From Chiloscyllium plagiosum (lineage: Eukaryota), in the NCBI RefSeq assembly GCF_004010195.1, contig NC_057719.1, forward strand, positions 14,196,364-14,260,363: DNA of 64,000 nt, written 5' to 3'. Below are positions 24,800 through 38,679 of this stretch, piece after piece. Under the pieces are notes generated by a model. That model was not told where the DNA came from and did no database searches. It worked only from the letters and a program-made list of their open reading frames with translations. Position numbers and translations under genes: made by a program. Positions within the stretch are counted from its first letter, which is position 1, and the number at the start of each line of letters is the position of its first letter.

Positions 24800-26406
24800 A
24801 TGTTACTTAAATGGAAATAAAAGACTGCAGAAAGCTTCAGCAGAGAGAGATTTGGAGGCCCTTGTGCATAAATCACAATGAGGTAGCATCCAAATTAATA
24901 GGGAAGGCAAATGGGATGTTGGTCAGTAATTCCAAGGGAATGGAGTATAAAAATAGGGAAGTCTTTCTAAAATAATACAAACCACCTTTTAGACTACACA
25001 TCGAATAATGTTCATAGTTGTGGTTGCCTTATCTAAGGAAAGATAAACTGTCATTGGAGGCTGTCCAAAGAAGGTTGTTCCTGAATAGGGAGGAATCGTC
25101 TTACAAAGAGAGATTGTGTAGTCTGGGTCTGTACTCAGTTGAGTTTTGAAGAAAGAAAAGATTTACAAGAATGCTGCCAGGATTGGGAGGTTTTGATCTC
25201 TAGGGATAGGCTGAATAGGCTGGGGCTGTTTTCCCTGGAGCATTGGGGATGAGGGGTGACCTTATCGAGGTTTATAAAATCATGACGGACACAGATAGGA
25301 AGAATAGGCAAGGCCTTTTCCACAGGGTAGGGGAATCCAAAATTAGAGGGCATAGGTTTTAAGGTGAGAGGGGAAAGATTTAAATGGACCTAAGGTGCAA
25401 CATTTTCATGTAAACAGTGGTGTGTGTATCGAATGAGCTGCCAGAGGAAATGGTGGAGGCTGGTACAATTACAACACTTATACAATTATAACAGTCATAG
25501 AGTCATAGAGATGTACAACACGGAAGCAGACCCATAGGTCCAACTTGCCCATGCCGAACAGATTTCCTAACTTAAACTAGTCCATTTGCCAGCATTTGCC
25601 CCGTGTCCCTCTTAAACCCTTCCTATTCATGTACTCATCCAGATGCCTTTTAAAAGATCTTTTCCCCAGGGTAGATGAGTCCAGAATTAGAGGGCAGAGG
25701 TTTAGGGTTAGAGGGGAAAGATTTAAAAGGGGCAAGTCTTTCACGTAAAGGGTGGTGCGTATATGGAATGAGCTGCCAGAGGATGTGTTGGAGGCTGGTA
25801 CAATTACAACATTTAAAAGGCATCTGGATGAGTATATAAATGAGAAGGGTTTAGAGGGATATGGGCCAAGTGCTGGCAAATGGAACAAGATTAAGTTAGG
25901 ATACTTGGTCGGCATGGACGAGTTGGACCAAGGGGTCTGTTTCCATGCTGTACATCTCTATGACTCTTATAAACCTCTATAATGTCACCCCTCATCCCCA
26001 ATACTCCAGGGAAAACAGCCCCAGCCTATTCAGCCTATCCCTAGAGATCAAAACCTCCCAATCTGGCAGCATTCTTGTAAATCTTTTCTTTCTTCAAAAC
26101 TCAACTGAGTACAGACCCAGACTATACAATCTCTCTTTGTAAGACAATTCCTCCCTATTCAGGAACAACCTTCTTTGGACAGCCTCCAATGACAGTTTAT
26201 CTTTCCTTAGATAAGGGGACCACAACCATGAACATTATTCAATGTGTAGTCTAAAAGGTGGTTTGTATTATTTTAGAAAGACTTCCCTAATTTTATACTC
26301 CATTCCCTTGGAATTACTGACCAACATCCCATTTGCCTTCTCTGTTAATTTGGATGCTACCTCATTGTGATTTATGCATAAGGACCTCCCAATCTCTCTG
26401 TGCTGA
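24800..26406. repeat. Composite of LINE 3' fragments with a ~440 bp inverted duplication
   Basis: 24837-25277 is the reverse complement of 25967-26406. Confidence 0.9.
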
Positions 26407-28075
26407 GGGTACTGAAGGATAAAATCCATTTATATTTGGAAAAGAATGGGCTTATCAGTGATACGCAACATGGTTTTGTGCAGGGTAGATCATGCCTTAC
26501 CAACGTAATAGAGTTCTTTGAGGAAGTGACTAAGTTGATAGATGAAGGAAGGGCTGTAGATGTCATATACATGGACTTTAGTAAGGCATTTGATAAGGTT
26601 CCCCATGGTAGACTAATGGAGAAAGTGAAGTTACATGGTGTTCAGGATGTTCTAGCTAGGTGGATAAAGAACTGGTTGAGCAACAGGAGACAGAGAGTAC
26701 TAGATGACAGGATTAGATTAGATTAGATTACTTACAGTGTGGAAACAGGCCCTTCGGCCCAACAAGTCCACACCAACCCGCCGAAGTGCACCTACCCAGA
26801 CCCATTCCCCTACATTTACCCCTGCACCTAACACTACAGGCAATTTAGCATGGCCAATTCGCCTAACCTGCACATTTTGTTTTTGGACTGTGGGAGGAAA
26901 CTGGAGCACCCGGAGGAAACCCACGCAGACACGGGCAGAATGTGCAAACTCCACACAGTCAGTCGCCTAAGGCGGGAATTGAACCCGGGTCTCTGGCGCT
27001 GTGAGGCAGCAGTGCTAACCACTGTGCCGCCCAAGGAGTTTCTCGAAATGGAGAAAAGTGACCAGTGGTGTTCCACAGGGATCAGTGTTGGGGCCACTGC
27101 TGTTTGTGATACACATAAATGATCTGGAAGAGGGCACTGTTGGTCTGATTAGTAAGTTTGCAGATGATACGAAGATTGGTGGAGTAGCAGAAAGCAAAGG
27201 GGCCTGTCAAAGAATACAGGAGAATATAGATAGACAAGAGGGTTTGGCGGAGATATGGCAGATGGACTTCAATCCAGGCAAATGTGAGTTGATGCATTTT
27301 GGGAAGACTAATTCTAGAGTGAACTATACTGTAAACGGAAGAGCCTTGGGAAAGGTTGATGAGCAGAGAGATCTGGGAGTTCAGGTCCATTGAACCCTGA
27401 AGTTGGCTGCACAGGTGGATAGAGTGGTCAAGAAGGCATATGGTATGTTTGCCTTCATCAGATGGGGCATTGAGTATAAGAGCTGGCAGGTCATGTTAAA
27501 ATTGTACAAGACTTTAGTTCAGCCACATTTAGAATACTGTGTACAGTTCTGGCCGCCACATTACCAAAAGAATGCGGACTCTTTGGAGAGGGTGCAGAGA
27601 AAGTTTATGAGGATGCTGCCTGGTATGGAAGGTGCTAGCTATTAAGAGAGGTTGAGTAGGTTAGGATTATTTTCATTTGTGAAAAGGAGATTGAGGGGTA
27701 CCTAATTGAGGTCTACAAAATCATGAACGGTATAGACAGGGTAGGTAGAGATAAGCTTTTTCCCAGGGTGAGGAATTCAACAATGAGAGGTCATACGTTT
27801 AAGGTGAAAGGTGAAAAGTTTAAGGGTGATATACATGGCAAGTACTTTACACAGAGGGTGGTAGGTGCCTGGAACACATTGCCATTAGAGGTAGTAGAGG
27901 CAGGCACGGTAGATTCATTTAAGGTGCGTCTGGACAGATGCATGAGTAGGTGGGGAGCAGAGGGATACAGATGCTTAGGAATTGGGCGATAGGTTTAAAC
28001 AGTGGATTTGGACCGGCTCAGTGTTGGAGGGCCAAAGAGCCTGTTCCAGGGCTGTAAATTTTCTTTGTTCTTTGT
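26400..28075 (+). mobile_element. CR1-group LINE RT/3' fragment interrupted by a SINE
   Basis: ORFs 26400-26726, 27058-27393 and 27403-27645 carry consecutive RT motifs. Confidence 0.9.
26711..27031 (-). mobile_element. Young HE1/V-SINE-like SINE nested in a LINE
   Basis: Near-identical to 20413-20736; (TCTAA)n tail. Confidence 0.9.
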
Positions 28076-28077
28076 AC

Positions 28078-29120
28078 TAGGAGATTTACCAGGATGCTGC
28101 ATGAATGGGAGGGCTTGTCTTGTGAAGAAAGGTTGAATGAGCAAGGGCTTTTCGCACTGGACAGAAGAAGGAAGAGAGGTGACTTAATAGAGGTGTACAC
28201 GGTAATGAGAGGCATAGAGCCAAAGACATTTCCCAAGGGCAGAAATGGCTGTCATGAGGGGTCACAATGTTAATTGATTGGAGGAAGGTATATGGGAAAT
28301 GTCTGAGGTAGGTTCTCTATGCAGAGAGTGGTGGGTGCATGGAATGCACTGCCAGCGGTGGTAGTAGTCAGATACATTAGGGATGTTTTAGAGATTGCTG
28401 AACAGGTACATGGACAGCAGTAAATTGAGGGGTGTGTTGGTTAGGTTGGTCTTAGATTAAAATAAAAGCTTGGCACAACATCGTGGGCTGAAGGGTCTAT
28501 ACTGTACTGCAATGTTTCATGTTCTATATCTGTGAATAAAAGAATAACCGTTTACGACAGAGATGAGGAGGACTTCCTTCTCTCAGAGAGTGGTGAATCC
28601 GTGCAATCTTTACTGCAGAAGGATTAGATTAGATTCTCTACAGTGTGGAAACAGGCCCTTCAGCCCAACAAGTCCACACCAACCCTCCGAAGAATAACCC
28701 ACCCAGACCCATTTCCCTCTGACTAATGCACCTAACACTGTGGGCCATTAAGCTTGGCCAATTCACCTGACCCGCACATCTCTGGACTATGAGAGGAAAC
28801 TGGAGCATCTAGAGGAAACCCACACGGACCATGGGGAGAATGTGCAAACTCCATACAGTCGCCCAAGGTTGGAATTGAACTGGGACCCCAGTACTGTGAG
28901 GCAGCAGTGATAACCACTGAGCCATTGTGCCGCCCACATTGATGTTGAAGGTGGCTCATTAAGTACAGTCAAGGCTGAGATAAGTAGATTTTTAATCATA
29001 AGGGAATTAAGGTTTATTGAGCAAAGTAAAGTCAAGGATTATCAGGTCAACCATGATCTCATTGAATGATGGAGCAGACTCGATTGACTGAATGGCCTAT
29101 TTCTCCTCCTCTGTCTTATG
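28078..29120 (+). mobile_element. Two further CR1-group LINE 3' ends, the second split by the SINE at 28622-28936
   Basis: RFTRML...ERL and 3' UTR motifs. Confidence 0.7.
28622..28936 (-). mobile_element. HE1/V-SINE-like SINE
   Basis: Shared body and tail. Confidence 0.85.
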
Positions 29121-29409
29121 TCTTATCCAGCCAGATTATAACAGAGATCAGCTTGGCCAGTTGTTTCAGAACTAAGATCATAACACTTGATATCAACTGT
29201 GTTGGTAATAAGTGCACAAGAATTGATTTTATTATTTGTGCATTTTGGAATGAGATAATAAAGAGCTGGGAATGTTGATTGTCAAATCAATTAGAAATCA
29301 AACATTGTGTGGACGAAACTCAGTGCACATTTCAGTTTTCATCATTGTGAAATGATTTTGAACATGCCTTCACATTAACGGTGCTACATCAATATAAGTC
29401 ATTAAAGGC

Positions 29410-29585
29410 TGCAAGGAAAAACCGAGAGAACTGCAGATGCTGAAAATCAGAAATTGTTGGAAAAGCTCAGCAGGTCTGGCAGCATCTTCAGGCAGGGTCA
29501 TTGGACCTGAAATGTTGACTCTGATTTCTCTCCACAGATGCTGCCAGACCTGTTGAGCTTTCCCAGCAACTTCAGTTTTTGTTAT
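29410..29585. mobile_element. Fold-back Penelope-derived element
   Basis: Inverted arms (aaagctcagcaggtctggcagcatct / agatgctgccagacctgttgagcttt). Confidence 0.7.
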
Positions 29586-30744
29586 TAAAAGCTACAGTCT
29601 AGTTTCTGGTTTGTGATGACAGACATGGAATGTGAAACAAAGTGGTTATTATTCTCAATTGGATTACTGTCTCATAATCAGTAAATCCCCTTTTCAACTA
29701 TTTCTAAAATTCCATTTTGACAAAACAAAAAATCTTGACATTGCTAAACCTCTCATGTTTGTCTTGGCGTGTTTAAAATTTGTGGGCTGTAACAAAAGTA
29801 TATTTGCTACCAAATTGATTTTCTTTAAAAATGAAACTGATGTAATGAAATACCTGTTAGCAGTGTATTATGGTGCTTTTCGGCTTAAGTCTACAAATAA
29901 CTTTTTCTGAAAACTATACTGGAGAAATGGCACAATTGTTTAATCAGGACCTTGGGCAAAGCCAACCTCCCAGCCACCCAGTTCAGGTTTTATGTTGGAT
30001 TTTACTTGATGTGTACAGCAATTCCTCCAGTTCAATCCACATAAGACCGTAAGAAAGTTGAAGGCTTAAAAATATTCCTTACTGGAGACAAAATGACTTG
30101 TTACAATACCTGTGCATGTATCAGCCAGTAGTTTATATAGACAAGGTCACAGTGTATTCTATTGCATCAATTGTATCTGGGTCAGTGATAGACTACTCAA
30201 AGCATTGAATTTCAGATCATTTTGATGTTAGGTAAACAACAGGATAATGATATTTAAAAGTTACCCTGTCGAATAACATTAATCATTGCTGCCTCGGGGA
30301 GCTAATAAGATTTTGCTTATTGAGAAAGCAAACATACTTGCATTCCCACTGTGCAGTGAAAAATCAGGCAAAATTACACAATAATCACTTCTTTTGGCTG
30401 AGGGATAAAATTACAATTTTCGGTTAGATTACAGATGTATGAAGTGAGAAATGGATTCAAAGTGTAATCGTTGTTCATTGGGAAAGTAATGGTTACATGG
30501 AAGCCATTGGTGGTAAAAAAATATGCCACCCAGCCGAATGATCACAGTTTGAGGAGCCAGATGGTGGTCACTCAAGCTTGCAAACTCAAGCTGGCAGGCA
30601 GAAAACCTGGATCTTTCAAATACCCACTGGGTGCATGGAAATACTTGTAAGTTCCAACGTAAGAAATAAGTGAGGTGTGTTCATATTTTGTTAAAGGGTC
30701 CCACGAACAGAAACATTTACTAAAGAAGCTAGAATTGAGTCATA

Positions 30745-31250
30745 TCTACTGCCAAGAAAAAGGTCCTTCGGCCCATTGGGTCCTTGCCAGTTGAAAACAA
30801 CCATCTAACTATTTTAATCTCATTCTCCAGCACACAAACAGAAGCTGGAATTAACGTTACGGATCCAGTGACTCATAATCCAGCACTTAGCCCATAGCCT
30901 TGTGTGCCTTGGCAATGCAAGTGTTCATCTGAATTCTACTTAAGTGTTATGAGCGTTCCAGCCTCTACATCCTTACCAGGTGGTGAGTTTCACATTCCCA
31001 CCTTCATCTGGGTGAGAATGCTTTTCCTTACAACTTCTCTAAACCTTCTTCCCCTTACCTTGAACCTATATCCTCTGGTCCTTGATCTCTCCACCGAGGG
31101 TATGTGTTTCTTCCTGTTTATTTTATCTATGTCCCTCATATTTTATAAATCTTAATAAAGTCTTCTGTCAATTTTCTCTGCTCTAATGAAAACAACACTA
31201 ATCTCTCTTCCCAAGTGAAACTCTCTAGCCCAGCACCATCCTGGTAATGC
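30745..31250 (-). mobile_element. CR1-group LINE 3' end
   Basis: Homologous to 44715-45075 and 56885-57400. Confidence 0.7.
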
Positions 31251-31709
31251 AGACGTTTACTAGAAAGGAACCAAGTAGAGCCATACCAAGTGACCAATGC
31301 ACTTTCAAGTGGAGAAAGAGTGACCCTTCATGTGGTTTGAGTATCTATAAGGTTGTTGTTAAGGGAAAAAGGGTTGAATTGTTTTTGCTGTTCTTTGTAC
31401 TAGGATCATTTCTAATAATTTTTATACCGTGTCTTTTCCCTTTGTGTGTAATAAACATTGATGATTTTTTGTTAAACATACATCGATAGAGTCTTGTGAA
31501 TATGTTATGACTGATCTCTATGGTAACCAAATGACAATGATAAAGTTATGATCTATCAAGCCAACTTTCATTTTGGGATCTGATTTATCCAATACTGCCA
31601 TCAGCTAAGTCAATAACAATAAGCTTCCAGGGGTAGGCTGTTCAGAGAGCCTGCTTTGATGCACAGACTCTGTGTGAGAGGTAAATAAAAAGAGAATAAA
31701 ACCAAAGAT

Positions 31710-32136
31710 TTAGATTAGATTCCCTACAGTGTGGAAACAGGCCCTTCATCCCAACAAGTCCACACCGACCCTCCTGAAGAAGGGCTAATGCCCGAAACGT
31801 CGATTCTCCAGTTCCCTAGATGCTGCCTGACCTGCTGCGCTTCTCCAGCAACACATTTCCATCTCTGATCTCCAGCATCTGCAGACCTCATTTTCTCTCC
31901 GAAGACCCATTTTCCTCTGACTAATGCACCTAACACTATGGGCAATTTAGCACGGCCAATTCACCTGAACTGCACATCTTTGGACTGTAGGAGGGAACCA
32001 GAGCACCCGGAGGAAACCCACGCAGACACGGGGAGAATGTGCAAACTCCACACAGACAGTCACCAAAAGCTGGAATTGAACCTGGGACCATGGTGCTGTG
32101 AGGCAGCAGTGCTAACCACTGAGCCACTGTGTTGCC
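31710..32136 (-). mobile_element. HE1/V-SINE-like SINE with a nested Penelope pseudo-LTR (31773-31895, plus strand)
   Basis: SINE tail split by ctgaagaagggctaatgcccgaaacgtc... Confidence 0.85.
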
Positions 32137-32804
32137 CTACTGAGCCCCTGTGCTGCCCACATCACACCCATTACAGCTCTTCACCTCTCATACACCCCCA
32201 ATGCCTCATTTATACCAACTCATGTCATCTTATTGCCCTACCCACACCCCCATGGCTCCTCATATCCTTAATCCTGGCTATGTCCCCCTGGGTCCATTAC
32301 CTCCTATACCCACCAAGACACCTTATGGTCTTCTTCCCCACTACATGGTCCCTCATACACTTCATGTAAACCTATTCCCCACTCATCCCATGTTTCTGCC
32401 CCCATTGGTCAACCTTTAACCTTCTCTCTCCATGCCAATTGACATGGAGCCCACCATGTGCAGCGCTCAGGAGCCCTGCTGATGTAAATTAAACCTGTAT
32501 CTATTGATAATGTCACTATTAAAGGGAGACACTCTTGTTGACAGAAGACTATTCAATACACTGGGATTCTTTCGATGCTAATGAGAACAAATATTTCTAT
32601 TCCAAAAGCACTTGGTGCTGGCAATCAATCTGCTTACTTATCAGCCATTCTATGTGAAAATCTTAAGCTGGACAATCAGTTATGCAGCTCAAATATCAAC
32701 AGGCACAATGCAACTGATATTATTTCAAAATATAGGCACATTGCTTTTAGATTTTGAGTCCAAAGGAGTAAAATCCCAGACCAGTTTGATAGTCATCTCT
32801 TAGC

Positions 32805-34160
32805 TTGAGAAAGGAGGTACTGGCACTCAAGGGGGTGCAGAGGACGTGCATGAGGATGATTCTGAAGTTGAGGGGATTGACTTATGAGGAGAGATTGAGT
32901 AGAGTGGGACTATACTCATTGGAATTGAGAAGAATGAGGGAGGACCTTATTGAAACATGCAAAATTGTGAAGGGAATAGATAACATAGAAGCAGGGAGGT
33001 TGTTTCCACTGGTGGGTGAAACTAGAACTAGGGGGCATAGCCTCAAAATAAGGGGGAGCAGATTTAAGACTGAGTTGAGGAGGAACTTCTTCACCCAAAG
33101 GATTGTGTTACATTCTGTTATTAAAGGATGTAATACCAGAACATTTAGAAATATGTAATGTAATCAAGCAGAGTGAGCACAGATTTTAAAAGTGAAATTA
33201 TGTCAGGCAAATTTATTAGAATTCATTGAGGGGGTAACAAGCAGGATAGATAAAGGAGAACCCGTTGAAGTAATAGATTTGGATTTATAATGGGTGTTCA
33301 ATAAAAAACCGCACACAAGGCTATTTAATAAGGTAAGAGCCCAGGGTATATATTAGTATGGATAAAGGATTAGCTAACTAATAGAAGACAGAGAGTCGGG
33401 ATGGGGGGCTGTTGTTCTGAGTGATAACATGAAACTGTAATGAATGATTTGGATGATGGAAATGAATGTACTATTGTTACATTTGTGGATGACACAGTAT
33501 CAGGTGGGAAGTCAGGTACTGAGGAAGACACAAAAAGTCTCCAGGTAAAGTGAGAGGGCAAAAACTTGGTAGATGGAATATAAAGTGGGAAAATGTGAGT
33601 TTATACCCTGTGGCAGGAAGAGTAGACGAGCTGGATATAATTTAAATGGAGAAAGATTGTGGAAAGTTGCAGCATCGAAGGATTTGAGAGCCCTCATTCA
33701 TGAATCACAAAAATCTAATGTGCAAGTTCAGCAAGAAGGCCTTTATTTCAAAGGGAATGAAAAACAAAAATAGGGAAGCCTTAATAAAACTATGCAAGGG
33801 TCTAATAAGGCCACAGTTGAAATACCGTGAACACGTTTGGTCCCCTTATCTCAGAAGAGATAGACTGAAATTGGATGCAATCCAAAGAAAGAGGGAAAAA
33901 CAATGACTGCGGATGCTGGAAACCAGATTCTGGATTAGTAGTGCTGGAAGAGCACAGCAGTTCAGGCAGCATCCGAAGCTCCTTGGATGCTACCTGAACT
34001 GCTGTGCTCTTCCAGCGCCACTAATGCATTCCAAAGAAAGTCCATTGGGTTAATCTTGAACATGCAGGGATTTTCTTATGAAGACAGGGTGAGTAGGTTG
34101 GGACGATACCAGTTGGAGTTTGGAAGAATGAGAGGCAACCTTATTAAAACGGACAAGATT
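32805..34160 (+). mobile_element. Decayed CR1-group LINE fragments
   Basis: YEERLSRVGLYSLE, IRPQLKYREHVWSP motifs. Confidence 0.75.
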
Positions 34161-34954
34161 CTCTGATTTCTCTCCACAGAGGCTGACAGACCTTTTCCAG
34201 CAATTTCTGTTTAAGAATGTATAGGGACTTGACAGCGTATGATATCTACAACAAATACAAAGTTTTGAATAGGACTTTGGGCTGTTAAATCAGTTCAGAT
34301 TGTCAGACTGGGGATGCCAATCACAGTAAATCATGTCATTCACAGAAATCTAACCACTACAACTGAAAGAACATTTGGTTTTGTATTTCAAAGACTACCA
34401 TGGAAAGATTTTCAGGAGATGCATTCTAGCTCTGACTTGAGACCCTCTAGGGTTCTTGCTTCTTTTGGAACATAGTCAACTATTTCTGCATCCTGACAGG
34501 GTCCAACTCTGCTGGAAATCTTGGGGACACTCGCAAGTTCTGGAGCAGGGCATAGATCAAGACCCAGTGGCAGACCCAGGGCTTTTGGAGTCCACTGAGT
34601 TTTGACTTGGAGGCAAGGCCATTATATGGACGACTGTGGAAAACTGTGTGCATTGCAGCTACTGGCTGCTGCCATTTCTAAGGGGTTGCTTAGTATCTGA
34701 TATTTCCTATGAGTGATGATTGGAACCATCACCAATGGATCCAGGCATCCAGATGTTGTCATCTCCATGGCTAAGGCATGATGAACGACCACAGGCACCA
34801 ATGAGGGACACATCTATCCAGAACCCTAAGACTTGAAACAACTTCCAGCAGATGTTAATCAGCCTCCGAATGTAGAGTTTGCCGCAAAAGGTGCTGTCCT
34901 GATGTGAAGAAAGTGCAGGAGGGCCACAGTTTCTCATTTTCAATGGCAGATAAA

Positions 34955-35335
34955 GTCACAGGGTCATAGAGATGTACAGCATAGAAACAGACCCTTCGGT
35001 CCAACTCGTCCATGAGACCAGATATCCTAAATTAATTGAGTCCCATTTGCCAGCATTTGGCCCATATCTCTCTAAACCCATCCAGATGCCTTTTAAATGT
35101 TGTAATCATACCAGCCTCCACCACTTCCTCTGGCAACTCATTCCATACATGCACCACCCTCTGCGTGAAAAAGTTGCCCCTTAGGTCACTTCTAAATTTT
35201 CCCCTTTCATCTTAAACCTATGCCCTCTAGTTTTGGACTCCCCCACCCCAGGGAAAAGACCTTGGCTGTTCACCCTATCCATGCTCCTCATGACTTTATA
35301 AGCTGCTATAAAGTCATCCCTCAACCTCCGATGCT
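34955..35335 (-). mobile_element. CR1-group LINE 3' end
   Basis: Homologous to 22426-22810. Confidence 0.8.
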
Positions 35336-35924
35336 GAAAGGAAGCCTTCAAAAACTGAGATGAATGAGAGTCGAGATCCTGCGGATGAATGTGACAGATT
35401 GCTTCTGCTGAATCGGGATGTCCCGGGATACAGTGAGAAATTGATATGTGCTGACGAATTTGAGGTTCACTGCGCTGGAGACATGAAATGGTGAGAGTAG
35501 CAATTACAACGTGACCAACGTCACTAATAGGAAAGGATTCCATTTTGTCAATGGTTTTCAGCTTATCTATGAACATCATGACCACATCTTAGAAGTCTGG
35601 CCCCTGGTACTCTGGAAGAGTTGATCTATCGTTGATCTCTCTCAGGTTCCTGCTTCATTCCAAGATCCTTCCAAGGACGCAAGAGCAGGGCAGCACTTCA
35701 CAATTAATCTTGCTTGGTTGCCAAGACATGGAAGTCTGAGTATCCGTCGCAGTTATCTCTCGTTAGTGCAAGGACTCCCACCCTCCTAAGAAAGGGTGAG
35801 TAGGCCATCTGCTGTGGAATTCTTCACACACACAAACTATGAAAGACAAAGCCTAGCTTGCAATGTTTGAAGTGGTGCACAGCTGGGTTTGGGACATAGC
35901 ACGGACAGTACAAACACTGGAAGA

Positions 35925-36310
35925 TCCATAAGACCATAAGACATAGAAGCAGAAGTCGGTCATTCAGCCCATCAAGTCTGCTCCACCAATCAATGAGATG
36001 TGGCTAATCTGATCATCCTCAACTCCACTTTCCTGCCATTTCCTCAGAACCCTTGATTCACTTATTAATTAAAAGTCTGTTTACCTCAAATAAACTTAAT
36101 AATCCACTACAGCCTTCTGTGGTACAGAATTCCTACGCTCTGATTGAACAAACCCCTCCTCATCTCAGTCTTAAATGTACGACCTCTCACTCTGAGATCA
36201 TACGCTATGGCCATAGACTCTCCCAAAGGATGAACAACTGTTCCAAATCTATCCTGTCATGTTCCTAAGAAGCTTAAATGTTTCAATAAAGTTAGTTATT
36301 ATTCTTTTAA
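35925..36310 (-). mobile_element. CR1-group LINE 3' end
   Basis: Homologous to 45260-45660. Confidence 0.65.
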
Positions 36311-37812
36311 TTCTCATTCATGTAGCAACAGGTACTGCTGCTGCTGAGAGCAAGAGGAACATCATGGTGGCCTGGCAAATACTTAATGAGGTGAGCACTG
36401 TAAAACTGGACAAGAAGATCTGATGGAGCTCAGAGGGAGAAACCCACGAAGAAAAAATTGACACTTGCAGAATTTTGCAAAAATGTAGTCCTCGATGTCT
36501 TTTCTGTGCATGATACTCAACAGAGGCAACTATTGTATTCACAGTTTTTTGAATGATATTTGAGCCAATTACAGGCAAGAAATACAAAGCCTGTGCCATG
36601 GAAATGTTAGGGTGTTATACCATGTAAACTACTTTACATCTGTTATTGATTCAACAAAATCCTGAAAAGTAAAACAATGCAATGCCCAACTGTCATCGTT
36701 AAAGCAGCTTTTCACCAAATTAAAAAAAAAGACACTTCCAGAGGCAAAGAGAAAATTAAGGAACTCTTTCAAGGAAAGCAGATTTCAACATCCACTCATT
36801 CATCATTTACTTTTTTACAAATTCAACAAATAAAAAGTACAGCTGGTTACCCAGACTGTTTACTGACCCTGACTCCGAGATGAAAGAAACTCAACGTAAC
36901 ACGTCAGTTTGTATATAGTTTTGACAACAATTTTCAGTCAATGTTTGATTAAGTACTGAAAACCTGGGTCAATTTGAAGTAACAATGCACTGTTTGAGAA
37001 TGACTGTACTTTCCCTGATCTTGAGAACTGCTGTTAGTGGTGTAGAATGCTATCAGCCAATGTGAGTAGAGATTGAAATTTTTAGCGTAATTAACTCTGG
37101 TATTAAAATTGATGCAAGCTTTTAGATGGTTAAAGAAAAAACCAACTATTATTAAATCTATAAAACAATACAGGATTTTGAACAAGTGTCTACAATTTCA
37201 CAACCACCATGTGCAAGATAACATCAAGGTTATGCCATTGAACGAATAATTACAGAGGCATGGATTTAAGATTGTAGGTTACATGTCACTACTAAGCAGT
37301 GGGAACATGAGTGTTGTTTGCCACTAACACAACGTTACTGTTAGCTAAAAAGATGTTCTGTCTATTAACAAATGAATAATGCGGCATATGACTTTCAGTA
37401 CCAGTGCGATGCTAGTTATGTAGGCTGCGTGTCCTAGAGATTGGTGGATTGCACCAAACAGCATATTTCTTTAAATATTTGTAACAAGCAATATATTGAT
37501 CATATTCAACTAGCTCACAACGCAATGTCTAGCTTTAAATGTGATCCTGCAGTTGGACAACATTTGCTGGATAATCCTAAATGTGCAAAGAATTACACTG
37601 ACAACCAGTAGGGGAATAGCAGTCAAACTTGCAGAGTGCGCAGAGGTCCATGCAGCAGGAAAAAAAAAAGGTCAGAGGGAACATAGTACACATAACCCTT
37701 TTCTTTACAGACACGCACAGTGCCTGTTTCAACACAACAAAATAGATAATAATAAACAATAATAGAAAATGCCTGGTTAACATTTTAAGAAAAATGTGGC
37801 TATTAACAATCG

Positions 37813-38645
37813 ATTCAAAACCATTAAACTATTCCAAGTATTCTGGATTTCCCAATGAACCACAAGTGGGAAAGGACAAAGAGAGATTAGTATTTCTTCT
37901 GTTAGCTGCCCAGTTTTCTGGTGCTGCACACAATGATTAAGCTGATGATTAACTGTTGGTGATGTCCATTTTGTTGAAATTGAACATAATGTCAAAAAAC
38001 ATGGCTATTAACAATCAATCTGTATGAATGTGTGTTTTTCCATGGCAATGTCTCTACCAATTAGAATCCAATAACAAATCAATCAGCAGTCTCCATTCAG
38101 GCGTTTTAAATATTGCTTTTCCTCTTGAATTGGTATTCTTGTGAAATGTTCTGATATGCATTAGCTTCAACGAACTGTTCTGTTTGTGATCCATAAAACA
38201 ATTTTTTGGGTCAAAGAATAAATACAACTATGTTAAATAATCCATTTCTCAGTCAACTCTCATTGACTCATTTTAAGTGTACTTCTAAAGAATTTGGTGT
38301 AGTGATAAATGAAATCCTAGTTGACAGTTTTCCATTTCTTCACACAATATATTAACTTCCAACAACTTCAAATGCTAAGAAACACACATTTTTGTATTAT
38401 GTAATATTTGGCCAAAGAAATTTGCTATTAGTATTTCTATAAAACATTGGCCAATAGAGAGGTGGACATTATGTTCATTTTCAACAAAATGGACATCACC
38501 AACAGTTAATCATCAGCTTAATCACTGTGTGCAGCACCAGAAAACTGGGCAGCTAACAGAAAAAATACTAATCTCTCTTTGTACTTTCCCACTTGTGGTT
38601 CATTGGGAAATCCAGAACACTTGGAATAGTTTAATGGTTTTGAAT
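37813..38645. repeat. 181 bp inverted duplication adjacent to exon D
   Basis: 37813-37993 is the reverse complement of 38465-38645, about 5 mismatches by eye. Confidence 0.92.
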
Positions 38646-38679
38646 AAGGCTTGAACATTCATGACCAACTTACACTTAC

